64,000 bases of DNA from the NCBI GenBank assembly GCA_951406725.2, contig OX597827.1, positions 8,990,001 through 9,054,000 of the forward strand. The letters run 5' to 3'. Origin of the DNA: Octopus vulgaris (lineage: Eukaryota). The stretch's first letter is position 1, and the number at the start of each line of letters is the position of its first letter. Below, piece by piece: positions 12,151 through 24,789 of this stretch. The position numbers and the translations under genes are program-made. Below the pieces are notes generated by a model. It was not told the origin of the DNA and ran no database searches. It saw only the letters and a list, made by a program, of their open reading frames with translations.

Positions 12151-13168
12151 TATCACATATAATACTTTTTTAGCGTTTATTGATTTCGGTGTTTTAATGT
12201 AACACTTTCTAGCTGACACCGTTTTTGATTGTTGCAATAAAACAGTTTGTTGTTTATATAGTTATAAACATGATATTTTATTGTTTGCAAGACTGCTAAG
12301 TATTCAAATAAATCTCTAAATAAATAAATAAATAAATATATATAAAAAAAAAAGAAAATCTAATATACCTGGATTGGCTGGCCTTGTTATTTTTTTTATT
12401 AATTTACTTTCACTTTTTCTTTTCTACTTTTTATATATTAACACATTTTCTTCTATAATTTGGTAGGGTTTTTTTACAGCTGTACTATATCACCACCATC
12501 GTTATAGCTATGATATATCCTTAATCTTGTATTAAGTGATTTGCATTTTATGATGTATTTCTGTTGCTTTTTGTCATCTGGTGAAACTGCGTACAGTATT
12601 GCTCTGTGTATTTGCTTGCTTGTTTATTTGTTTTTGTTGGGCGAAATAATAACTCTAGGATGATTCCTGGGTAATTGCGGGAGAAGAGCGGACCATATTT
12701 TTGACATATCTTGAATAATTACTACTATTACAGGAGATATCCATCTCTTTCCTTAGCCCATGGGATGGCTTGATTGCAGTATTGCTAGCGAAATATAACT
12801 CAGTATACTCTATGGAAGCCCATCACATGTATGGGTTTGTGTGTGTGTGTGTGTGTGTGTGTGTAGGTGAATGCATGGCTATGTGATTACAAAGTTTGTT
12901 TTGAAACCGTGTAGCCTGAGGTTCAATTCTACTGCCAGGAATCTTGGGCAAGTGTCTTGTATTATAGCTCAAAGTTGAGTAATAGCTTATATATGGAATT
13001 GATAAAGAGAAACTTTATGGAAGCCCATTGTATGTCATTCTCATCATCATCCCTTAATGTCTAATTTTCCATGCTTACATAGGTCAGACAAAATTTGTTG
13101 AGGCAAATACTCCATATATATGTGTGTGTGTGTGTGTGTGTGTATTATAGTGGGGTAGGCTGGTTAAT

Positions 13169-13229
13169 GAAGTCACCCTAGATTTCTTGCTCGTGAGGGG
13201 TTTAGCCTTACAGCACATCTTCAGACCCC
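13169..13229 (-). ncRNA. Degenerate type I hammerhead with GUG cleavage triplet
   Basis: ggggu-CUGAAGA...GAAA-ucuaggg-UG-acuuc; resembles 35536-35596. Confidence 0.55.
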
Positions 13230-13236
13230 AAACACT

Positions 13237-13631
13237 GCTGGCCTGAGACCTCTTTAAAATATGAAGAGGTAAGGCCTCGTTTTTTAAGGGTAAAACCCTA
13301 GGTAATTATTTCCTTTTCCCATTGTCCATCGATCTTTGACCGTGCTGCCATCTTGTGGTCATCAAAGCACCACTGCAGAGATTTTTGGACCATGCCTGCA
13401 TTTTAGAAAGTTCTTCCTGGCTTTTTGGAATCTGCATGGCAGCACCACAGCCGGAAACTAATAGCCAAGGCCAAAGGGAGTCAACTATTTACCTTCGTGG
13501 GGCTTTGGTGACCACAATATGGCAGCACAGCTGAAGATTGATGGACAATGGCAAAGAGAGATAATCACCTAGGGTTTTACCCTTAAAAAACAAGGCATTC
13601 TCCCTCCACATTTTTAGACGTCTCGGGCCAG
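13237..13631. mobile_element. Foldback element with ~135-bp inverted arms
   Basis: ttttttaagggtaaaaccctaggt...gtggtcatcaaagc pairs with gctttggtgaccac...cctagggttttacccttaaaaaa. Confidence 0.8.
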
Positions 13632-14389
13632 TTAGCCGCTCTGGCAACGATCATGCTTGGATGGTGCTCTTAGCACCCTACTAGCATGGGGCACAAGTGC
13701 CAGTAAGGCGAAGCTGGCAATGATCACACTCAAATGGTACCTTTTATGTGCCACTGGCACGGAAGCCTGTTAGTCGAATATCTTTATAATTTTCAAAAGT
13801 AATTGAAACAAAAGTGTATTTCAACAGAAATGTCGTAACAGAAGTGTTAAAACAGTAAGGTGTGATTTGAGGGAGATTTGACCTGCTAGGTATTCCTAGC
13901 AGACCAAGGAAAGTTAGTAATGCTCTCTCACCGGCTGGAATAAATTTCATTAAAGAGATTGGTCAAGAGACAGATTGTCTTGAAGTATTTAGTTCCATCC
14001 CTTAACATATATCAATTCAAATAGCATCAGAGTTGATTTCCTCTTTCATCCTTCAGGTAGTTGATTAAGTATGAATAATTACTAAAACTGATTATACATT
14101 GCTCCAAATTTTAGGGGCCTTTAAGAATTAGGTCATAGACTCCATGAAAAATAGACTGATTCTCATAGGAACAGATTGTGTTCAGAATTAATTTTCACCT
14201 TGTGTGATATTATTGAGCAGTTTGGTAAATTCCTGACTGCTGTAGTCATCAGTTTCATTGATTTTAAGAAGGCATTTGACAGTATTCTCCTGGAGTTGCT
14301 GCAGAAGATTGTACAAATTTATGGCATAGCAACAGTTTTCCAACATCTTCAAACCCCTGTATCAACAATTTTTCTGCTATATTATAAAA

Positions 14390-14717
14390 TTTTCGATTCC
14401 CAGACCCTGCGTTGTGAGTGTTTATTGAGCGAAAACACCTAAAGCTCCACGAGGCTCCGGCAGGGGATGGTGGTGATCCCTGTTGTACTCTTTCACCACA
14501 ACTTTCTCTCACTCTTACTTCCTGTTTCTGTTGTACCTGTATTTAAAAGGGCCGGCCTTGTCACTCTCTGTGTCCCGCTGAATATCCCTGAGAACTACGT
14601 TAAGGGTACACGTGTCTGTGGAGTGCTCAGCCACTTACACGTTAATTTCACGAGCAGGCTGTTCCGTTGATCGGATCAACCGGAACCCTCGTCGTCGTAA
14701 CCGACGGAGTGCTTCCA
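14390..14717 (+). mobile_element. 5'-truncated family C SINE
   Basis: TSD atattataaaat on both sides. Confidence 0.85.
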
Positions 14718-15107
14718 CATATTATAAAATGAGTTGGGAATACAGAGTTTTTTTGAGATGGTGACTTGTGTTCACCAGGGTTGCATTTTATCTCTTTTCT
14801 CTTTCTTCTTTGCATCAGCTTCATTATGAAGAAGACTATGAGCAGTCCAGAGTGCAGAATAAAATAGGAAGAAGGGAGGCTGGGAGATTTTGATTTTGAT
14901 GTGGATAATATGCTATGAAGCCATTATGTAGCATCCATGTAGGAAATAAGGTCCAACTTAAATGCAAACAAAGAACACATCAGACATCATCATATCAGTT
15001 AAAATGAAAAACAATGAAATGATTATTTCCTCCAGTTTGCTTCCATACCAATGTATCAAGTTTAGAAATAAGGATCTGGAATATGTGAATGAATTATTGA
15101 CTATGGT

Positions 15108-15285
15108 ATGCTGGAGCACTGCCTTTAGTTGAGCAAATCGACCCCAGGACTTATTCTTTGTAAGCCTAGTACTTATTCTATCAGTCTCTTTTGCCGAACC
15201 GCTAAGTTACAGGGACATAAACATACCAGCATCGGTTGTCAAGTGATGTTGGGGTAGGGGGACAAACACAGACACACAAACATAT

Positions 15286-15334
<49 letters not shown>

Positions 15335-15473
15335 AGTAGTTGAATGAATTATCTTATTAAGGATAATTCGAATTAACCGATACCTGGGTAGCAAATTCAC
15401 ATCAGAATATGCAGCCTTCGACACATATGTCGAAAATAAAGGAATTTTGTTAATTCGTCATTCAGCTCCATTC

Positions 15474-15510
<37 letters not shown>

Positions 15511-15694
15511 GGTCCCGGGTTGATTCGGGGTTAACCACAGTAAATAAGGTACTCAATACATAGCAGAGTAAAATTAATTTATTATATAGAAGGAGCTTCT
15601 ACAGGACTAGAACTGTTTCATTCAAGAGAAATCTTCAGGATCTGTTCCTGAAGATTTCTTTTGAATGAAACAGTTCTAGTCCTGTAGAAGCTCC

Positions 15695-15740
<46 letters not shown>

Positions 15741-15893
15741 GACGGGCTTCTTTCAGTTTCCGTCTACCAAATCCACTCACAAGGCTTTGGTCAGCCCGAG
15801 GCTATAGAAGACATTTGCCCAAGGTGCCACGCAGTGGGGACTGAACCTGGAACCATGTGGTTCGTAAGCAAGCAACTTACCACTCAAACACTC
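15108..15893 (-). mobile_element. Family A SINE with two foreign inserts in its (TA)n
   Basis: Tail 15108-15300, head 15737-15893; inserts at 15331-15480 and 15506-15703. Confidence 0.85.
15583..15703. repeat. ~120-bp hairpin whose arms carry CTGAAGA...GAAAC...GTC
   Basis: 58-bp arms, 5-nt loop, 1 mismatch. Confidence 0.9.
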
Positions 15894-16130
15894 TTAATAT
15901 TTTTCAAGTGATGGAAATATAGAATTTTACATCCAGGTAATACTTAAAAGGACCACAGAAGTTTTCCAGCAACTCTAATCTGTTGGTCAAAAACTTCTGG
16001 AAATAAATTTATGCCTGTACATGTTCTTGGTAGTACCAACATCTCTCAATGCCAGTGAGTCATGATAATGTTTAAGTCACATTCACGAAAAGCTTGACCT
16101 GTTTTGTAGGTGCTGTATATGAGCAATTGT

Positions 16131-16782
16131 GGAGGCGCAATGGCCCAGTGGTTAGGGCAGCGGACTCGCGGTCATAGGATCGCGGTTTCGATTCCCAGAC
16201 CGGGCGTTGTGAGTGTTTATTGAGCGAAAACACCTAAAGCTCCACGAGGCTCCGGCAGGGGATGGTGGTGATCCCTGCTGTACTCTTTCACCACAACTTT
16301 CTCTCACTCTTACTTCCTGTTTCTGTTGTACCTTTATTTCAAAGGGCCGGCCTTGTCACTCTCTGTGTCACGCTGAATATCCCCGAGAACTACGTTAAGG
16401 GTACACATGTCTGTGGAGTGCTCAGCCACTTACACGTTAATTTCACAAGCAGGCTGTTCCGTTGATTCGGATCAACCGGAACCCTCGTCGTCGGAACCGA
16501 CTGAGTGCTTCCATCCGAGGCTCCGGCAGGGGATGGTGGTGATCCCTGCTGTACTCTTTCACCACAACTTTCTCTCACTCTTACTTCCTGTTTCTGTTGT
16601 ACCTGTATTTCAAAGGGCCGGCCTTGTCACTCTCTGTGTCACGCTGAATATCCCCGAGAACTACGTTAAGGGTACACGTGTCTGTGGAGTGCTCAGCCAC
16701 TTACACGTTAATTTCACGAGCAGGCTGTTCCGTTGATTCGGATCAACCGGAACCCTCGTCGTCATAACCGACGGAGTGCTAC
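16131..16782 (+). mobile_element. Family C SINE followed directly by a headless second copy
   Basis: Units 16131-16512 and 16516-16782 share one TSD atatgagcaatt. Confidence 0.9.
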
Positions 16783-17052
16783 CAAAAAATAACAATATGA
16801 GCAATTCTGGAAAATTTCTTGGAGAGACCATGTTGCAAATGTAGTAATGGAAAGAGCTGGGTTGAAAAATTTTCAAGATATTGTGAAAAGGAGGATGAGG
16901 CACTTTGCTGGGTAAGTCCTGTATTCGAGAGAGGAAATGATATTATCCCATAAATCAATGGGTTGGATTAACAAAAGTAGGTGGGGCGGGGGGGATGGAA
17001 AATGGAAACCATGTTGTACTGGGAGCAGAACATATGCAGCAAATTAGTTATA

Positions 17053-17150
17053 CAAAAAAAAGAAGAAAAAAAACAGAAAAAGAAGAAGAAAAAAACAGAA
17101 AAAGAAGAAGAAGAAAACAGAAAAAGAAGAAAAAAACAGAAAAAGAAAAT
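17053..17150. repeat. A/G low-complexity tract
   Basis: Direct reading. Confidence 0.8.
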
Positions 17151-17974
17151 GAGTGGCAAATTGGTGACAGAGATGGAAGAAATACTTTGCCTGGGATCCC
17201 GTTGGGATTGGGCAGACTTAAGATAAAAGATAAGAGAGCCAAAGTGAGAAATCAATAATTTCTGGTTGTATCATATTTTTATCTTTCATCTTGAGCTATT
17301 ATTCAATTCATAATGCAATGGTATATTAATATTGGTATTAGGAGGGTAGGGAGTTGTCGAAAATGGTAGGGTGTCAGGTATATACCTTATAATATTAAGT
17401 TACGGTTATAAAAAAAAAAAAAAAAAGAGAACACATTTGGTAATGTAAAAATGACATTCATAGCTGGAATGCCTTTGATTCTAGGTTAGCTCAACCAAAG
17501 CTGATATGGAACTAAACAGCATCACCAATATCAATGTATATAGAATAAAAGTAAGGATCGTTCAGAGGTTTATAAATCCAAAATTTAAAATGCATTTAAT
17601 CATGTTATATTTAAAGTATTATATTTATGTACTGTGTTCAAGTAATTGTCTTCCAAGAACGTAATTAATCGATCATCTGTTGTTTTATATTGATGAAGCA
17701 GACTGTTTATAGACATAGACGAAAATGAATTGTAAAAGGAATAAATAATAGAAAATTTTGAGTCACTTGCTTTTTGGAAAAGGGAAAACATTTTACATGC
17801 TTCTATCCTTTCAAGAAAAGAAATGAAAATGCATAAACCAATCACTCCAGGCCACCAAATTGAAAAACCTCATGCATAATGTTGGTGGAAACATGTAGAA
17901 TCCATAAGCAAGACATCCTGAAACTACATGAGAAGACTACCTGTGCATGCTCTCCAGTTGCATTTTTGGGACAC

Positions 17975-18140
17975 ATCATCATCATCATCATCATTCAGCA
18001 TCCGTTTCCCATGCTAGCATGGGTTGGACGGTTCAACTGGGGTCTGTGAAGCCGGAAGGCTTCATCAGGCCCAGTCAGATCTGGCAGTGTTTCTACGGCT
18101 GGATGCCCTTCCTAACGCCAGGATGCCCTTCCTAACGCCA
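17975..18140 (-). mobile_element. RTE (GAT)n tail fragment
   Basis: catcatcat...ggatgcccttcctaacgcca (duplicated). Confidence 0.8.
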
Positions 18141-19107
18141 AACATAACGCCTAACACAAACACATAAATGATTGACAGCAAGGAAAAAAAAAAATGAAAG
18201 CAGAAGTTTTTGCCTTGACTTGTCTTGTCTCTCCCTATCTTTGTTGCTGAGGGCCGGGGACCATAAATACCTGCACAATCTCCCTCAGTTGATTCTTGCC
18301 TCTGGTGCATTCAACCAGAAGCTTTCCAGTAAATTCTTCTCGGTCTTCCCCTTCCTCATTTCCCATTGATTCTTCCCTTTAGGATGTGGGGGTTGCAGTT
18401 CTGAGCCCCGATGACCTGCTAAAAATATTGCTGTTTTCTCTTCCTGGCAGTCACTAGAAATTCTCTTTTTGTTTCTATTCCTTCAAGTAGAGAACCATTT
18501 GTTCAGTGGTTAATCAAGCTGATCTGTCGTACTCTTTGGTAGCACATTGTTCCAATCGTTTTCAGTTTGGCAATGTTGCTTGCTCTTATGGGCCAGCTTT
18601 CACATTCATACTATTCAACTTTAATTTGATGTTCTTGCCAAGACCCCTGTCTTTTCAGATCAAACACAGTAATTATAAGACTAATATTGCTATCCCAAGT
18701 CTCTGTCTCCTGACCCCGATTTTAAACTGCATGCTCTCCACTCCTTCCTCCCAGTGACCAGAGATAAAACTGGAATACAATCACATTTTCAACTCAATCC
18801 TACAGGAATTTCTCTATTTGTTACATTAAAACTTTGACTGATTGAATTGCACTCATAGATAAAACAAAAACTAAGTTCACTGTATCCCTAATCATTCTCA
18901 CCATCTTCTCCTTTCTCTAAAACCATGCGTGACATGTGACTGTCCATCTTTTTTTCTCTCTTGCCATGTCCTCTTGATTTGAAATGAAGATAATTACTTG
19001 AATATTATTTGTAAATGACAACTACAATCTGTTGCTCTATACTGATGAAACACATCATATAGAAACAGGCTGTCTGAACATTCACAGTTAGCCTTAAACC
19101 AATTATC

Positions 19108-19335
19108 TGTTTCTTTATTGCCCACAAGGGGCTAAACATAGAGAGGACAAACAAGGACAGACAAAGAGATTAAGTCAATTACATCGACCCCAGTGCGTAA
19201 ATGGTACTTAATTTATCGACCCCAAAAGGATGAAAAGCAAAGTCGACCTCGGCGGAATTTGAACTCAGAACGCAACGACAGACGCAATACCGCTAAGCAT
19301 TTCGCCCGGTGTGCTAACGTTTCTGCCAGCTCGCC
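19108..19335 (-). mobile_element. Family B SINE
   Basis: Flanked by direct repeat taaaccaattatc. Confidence 0.9.
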
Positions 19336-19824
19336 TTAAACCAATTATCATTGGGTAATTATCAATGTTTCATTGAAATATGTATCAAAGCCTGATTGAG
19401 TCTCTTGGAGATGGAAGGTAATTACCAATTAGCAATTTATTGGGGGCAGTGAAAACATATAAGAATTTGCAGGGGACATTGGATAGAACAAGGCAGCTGT
19501 TTTTTTTATTATTTTATTTCTTTCATTTACAACCATGTTACTGGCAAGGCTGTCATTCACAACAAACGTTATAAAGTCCATCAGGAATAAACAAACATAC
19601 ATATGTACACGCAGACACACAGACACACACATGCACACATGCACACGCACATAAGTATATTATAATATTTTACAAGTTTCATGAGCAATGAAGAGAGTAT
19701 TCAACACATATATAGCGTATATTTATTGATTAATATATAGCAGTAAAAAAAATCACTACTGGTCTATGAATAAGTTTTATACTGGCAAAGGCAGTCACAG
19801 ACTAGTAGAGATCTTTAAGTACTA

Positions 19825-19969
19825 AACATATATATACACACACACACATATATATATATATATATCCACTTACACACATATACATATATATATATATATA
19901 TATGCATATATGTATATACATACATAGATGCACATGTATATTATATTACATTATGTGTGTGTACACATG

Positions 19970-20003
<34 letters not shown>

Positions 20004-20092
20004 TGTATGTGTGTGTGTGTGTATGTATGAGTGTATGAATGAATGTATGTGCGTATATATATGCATATATATATATATGTATATATATATAC

Positions 20093-20123
<31 letters not shown>

Positions 20124-20139
20124 CATTATATATATATAC

Positions 20140-20187
<48 letters not shown>

Positions 20188-20325
20188 TTTATATACATTA
20201 TATACATATATACATATATATATATACATAAATATATATATATACTATATATATATATATATATAAATATATATATGTATACATCATATATATATTTATA
20301 CACACACACATACATATGTATGTGA
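19825..20325. repeat. Degenerate (TA/CA/TG)n field
   Basis: Direct reading. Confidence 0.9.
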
Positions 20326-21433
20326 TATAAAATTTTAACACCTTAATTACCCATGTTTTATGCGTACCAGGAAAAGGTACGTTGGATGGATTGCTTTGGT
20401 CAATATGTATCCTTAAACCAAATATGTCTGAGCCATGTATTTTCTCATATTCATCACTGATTGGTGTTTTAAAAAGTGACAGCGAATGAAATATACTGCT
20501 GCTTCTGCTGTTGCTAAATGTTAATCATTCTGTGATGCCTGTCCCTAGATGCCGTTAACATGTCCGTGGCAATCTGTGAAGGCGACTAGTGAAGTTTGGT
20601 TAGTCTGGTTGCAGGATACAGTTCTTGAGATGGTCTCCTTGTTTCTGTGTCTGTATACGGAAACCAATTTCTGTTTGCAGTTGGCACTCTCACAGGGCTC
20701 TGTCAATATAAGACATTTTTCTTAGGTATTTTGATTATTTTGTTTCAGTTTTGGTTGTGTTTTATATTTATTTATTTAATTAATTGAATATATATTTATT
20801 TATTTATAACAGGCTCTGTACAATGCATGCAAATGCAGTTAACATTCAATAATACTTTTGCTAAGACTTCAATGCATCTAAAACCAGGTGGGAAATTATT
20901 ACTGGATAATTCAAGAAATTCTCCTCCCTATTTGTTTCTCACCACATAGAATATAGAAGAATTTCTACTGTGAACATGAAATATATCCTCAGGGTTTATC
21001 CTTCACCAAAACAGTCTTTAAACATACAAACCTAATTTAGTATACTGAAGTTTTCAGTTCTCATGCTGTGTTTGCATATTGGCAAATTTTAATGGCTTTC
21101 AAGAGAATGAAAATTAGATTATCCATGTGTAAACTAAAATGCATTTTTTAAATAGCTAGGAGCTGCTTTTCTCTTGGTAGCATAATACCAATGAAGATTA
21201 ATGAATCTTAAACTTGAATCAGTTCAATACTCAAGCTGTGCTGCCAAGAATTTTGGGAGTGTTTCTCCAACTTTATTCTACAGTAACATTGGATTTGCTT
21301 TCAAACCTAAATATGCCAAGGTATACTAAATAGCTAGAGTCTTCATGCTGTGTTCAAATATTCCTAATTTTTCATAGAATATTTCGACTGTGTGCAATAT
21401 ATATGTTTGACATTGAATAACCAATACAGTATA

Positions 21434-21666
21434 TATTTCTTTACTGCCCACAAGGGGCTAAACACAGAGGGGACAAACAAGGACAGACAAACGGATTAAG
21501 TCGATTATATTCGACCTCAGTGTGTAACTGGTACTTATTTCATCGACCCCGAAAGGATGAAAGGCAAAGTCGACCTCAGCGAAATTTGAACTCAGAGCGT
21601 AACAGCAGACGAAATACTGCTACGCATTTCGCCTGACATGCTAACGTTTCTGCCAGCTCACCGCCT
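21434..21666 (-). mobile_element. Family B SINE
   Basis: Matches other family copies in the window. Confidence 0.9.
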
Positions 21667-21789
21667 TTCAGTATAGGTCCAATACAGTATAGGTCCACTC
21701 GTGTATACACACACACACATAGTAGCAGCTTTCTCATATATGAGCAAAAGCCATTGCTAGACAGAATTGTTGACATGAGTCATCGATGA

Positions 21790-22090
21790 TGCAATGTGAG
21801 TCCCTTGTATGACTCCTGAGCCCAGCCAAATATTTACACATTCTATTGCATAATTCTATTGCATTCTGTGCTGTCTGGCAGAAGGAATGGGTGCCACAGT
21901 ATGAAGTCTTTAAACATATCTTTTCAAACCTCCAACTGAAAGGTACACCTTTCCACAGGTTGCACATTTTCTGTTGTGAACAATAGCCATATCACAATTA
22001 AGAAGGGGTTCCCTGATGGGTGACCAGCCTTGCACGACTCAAGCATTTTCTCCCACAAATCACACACACAAAAAGCAACACTCCTTCATT
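21790..22090 (-). pseudogene. Three decayed C2H2 zinc fingers, probably a LINE (RTE-type) C-terminus
   Basis: FVCVICGRKCLSRARLVTHQ; KCATCGKVYLSVGGLKRY; LCNRMCKYLAGLRSHTR; stops and frameshifts between them. Confidence 0.55.
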
Positions 22091-22120
22091 TTCTACAAGT
22101 TCATTTTTTAAAGCCTTCTC

Positions 22121-22172
<52 letters not shown>

Positions 22173-22232
22173 TACATATATACATTGAGTAATGAATACT
22201 GAGTAGTTCCATAGACCATAAATATATATACA

Positions 22233-22270
<38 letters not shown>

Positions 22271-22326
22271 GGGCAGGAGCTGGGGATCCATAGCCTATTT
22301 CTGAGTCAGCTTCTGAGACAGCAGGT

Positions 22327-22632
22327 ATAAATTAAAGGAAGAGGAAAACAAAACCAAGGCAGGGCAAGTTTATCAGATCATTTGAATTATTAGAATTATT
22401 ATAATGGTGAATCGAAGTAAGCAAAAGTAAATAATAATGTCTTACAGCTATTTCTGAGATATCCCAGATAATGGATCAATGGGTTGATCCATATTTTTGT
22501 ATATTGAGATATCCCAGAAATAGTTATAAGACATTATTATTTATTTCGATTCACCGTTATAATTCAAATAATCTAAATGATCTGATAAGCTTGTCCTGCC
22601 TTGGATTTGTTTTCCTCTTCTTTCAATTTATA
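22327..22632. repeat. Foldback with ~130-bp arms containing a hammerhead 3'-half (GAAATAGCTGTA)
   Basis: ggaagaggaaaacaaaaccaaggcagggcaag pairs with cttgtcctgccttggatttgttttcctcttc. Confidence 0.85.
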
Positions 22633-22644
22633 TATATATATATA

Positions 22645-22825
22645 TATATAGAAAATAGTAAAAAGTGAAAAAACTACAGAAGGCTTGTTTTAAAAGGTTA
22701 AAAAATATATATTTGAGTCAATATGTCTGAAGAATATTATAAATTTTTTTCTTACAATGACATAGTTTAGAAGAAATGATTTCTTCTAAACTATGTCATT
22801 TTCACTTTTTACTATTTTCTATATA
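22645..22825. repeat. Nested inverted repeats including a 45-bp perfect palindrome at 22756-22800
   Basis: aatgacatagtttagaagaaat-g-atttcttctaaactatgtcatt. Confidence 0.9.
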
Positions 22826-22857
22826 TTCAACCACGTGCTTTCACAAACCAACTTTCT

Positions 22858-22904
<47 letters not shown>

Positions 22905-22967
22905 GTATATTAGGCTCTGTGTGTATATGTATGTATATATATATATATATATATATGAAATATAAAA

Positions 22968-23175
22968 TATAAAATATAAATTAGAGATAAAACCACTATT
23001 ATGCAACTCAAACAGTGATAAATATAAACCAATACATAAATAACAAATAATATATATTAATTTTTTTAATATATAACTTATAACTAGATCAATACATAAC
23101 TATTTATGTATTGGTTTATGTCTATCACTGTTTGAGTTGCATAATAGTGGTTTTATCTCTAATTTATATTTTATA
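22968..23175. repeat. Foldback with ~75-bp arms between (TA)n tracts
   Basis: ttagagataaaaccactattatgcaactcaaacagtgata and its reverse complement at 23123-23162. Confidence 0.9.
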
Positions 23176-24032
23176 TATTTATACTGTGAAATTTGATTTA
23201 ATACTAAATTGAATTTTTCCCTGTAAGTTTGGAGTTATACTCCCTAATATTATATATATATATATATAACTTAAACATATATATGTAGGAAAAATACACA
23301 TGCACACACGCACACACACATATCGCACACTCAAACATAAACACACACGCACACATATATATATACATTGAAACATACACAGACACATTGATAGATCTAT
23401 ATAGACAGAGAAAGGGACATGTGGGCAGAGAGCTAGAAAAATAGATGAGACAGAGAACTATAGATAAACTGATGGATGTATATGGAGAGTGAGAGAAGAA
23501 GTGACAGACAGAGATCTATGCATCAGTATGCGTGTATACATGAGTGTATACATAAGTGTGTATGAAAGTTGCTGCGTGTGTATGCTTGTGCAGCAGATTA
23601 ACTGTACTGTACCTATGGTTTGAATGCCTAACCTTGGCACACGGTTTTGTGCTGAGTCTGTTTGGACACTATAGTAAGGTTGTAGTTATCTGAGGAATGT
23701 TCAGCCATTTAAATGACAATTCAGGGACAATTCACAAGAAATATTGATTGAAAAATGGCAACACTCAAACACTCATTCAGGAAAACTGGAGCGAAATCCA
23801 TTCGTATGTATACATGTATGCATTTAGATATATATATATATATATACATGCACATACAGAGAGAGAGAGAGATACACACACACACACACACACACAAATG
23901 TATAGATTATATATACTCCAGCATGGCTACAGTTAGAAGGACTGAAATAAGTAAAAGAATGTATATATATGCATGTGTTTTATGTATGTATATATATATA
24001 TATATACACACATATGTATGTATGCATATATT

Positions 24033-24073
<41 letters not shown>

Positions 24074-24789
24074 TGATATATATATATTTATATATAAAAA
24101 ATGTTTGTATAGATGTATTATATATATATCTGATCACTGATGTTCACAGCAAGTCAATATTTTTTTTCTCTCCCTATCTCGCACAACTTACATACATTTG
24201 CCGCTAATCGTTTTTAAATGTTTGAACTTATACACTAACAAGCTTGCCTTCCCTATCTTATTCCTTCTCTACGAAATTTAATCCCTTAAGGTACCCTCTA
24301 TCTTTCTCTACGAAGTTTAACTCAATCTTCGCCATTCGCGGTGCTCCCGCCCTTTCCCACCCCCACCACCAATACCGGTGAACACTGTTCACACCATCTA
24401 CACCGGATATGCCCTCCTCCCTCCTTCTCCCCCACCACCATTACGTGTCTCTCCCTCCTACCCCTCCTCCTCACATGCTTTCACTGTGTACTACACCTCC
24501 CCCCACCAAGACAAGCAGCTAGCGCCGCAGCTCATCAACCGACCCACTGATCTTACGTTCCTCCTGTTTTGAATCTGTCACCGCCTCAACCGGCTATCTC
24601 CTTCCAGTCCCCTCCCCCTCGTGATATCCTACGTTTTTATCTCTTACGAACCTGTTCCAACCCCTCCCTGTCATCGTTCCTCCTTACCCCAACCTTCCCC
24701 GCTGGTGCTTCCCTATATTACCTGCACCCCCACCCCCCACTTTCTCTCCCTCTCTTCTCACTGGTGGAACCTTTCTCAGTTGGACCCCC

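Larger units (their letters stand above)
14150..16960 (+). mobile_element. Heavily decayed RTE LINE reverse transcriptase, broken by several SINE insertions
   Basis: IFTLCDIIEQ...SFIDFKKAFDSI; further remnants at 14730-15100, 15900-16130 and 16790-16960. Confidence 0.6.

Noticed and set aside
16131-16205. tRNA genes suggested by A/B boxes
   Set aside because: They are SINE heads followed by family bodies; acceptor stems are incomplete
17633-17702. Minus-strand exon LLHQYKTTDDRLITFLEDNYLNT
   Set aside because: Weak donor site and no recognisable homology
24300-24785. C-rich stretch as a coding region
   Set aside because: No recognisable protein; may be a LINE 5' UTR-like segment, but no TSD could be found to define it
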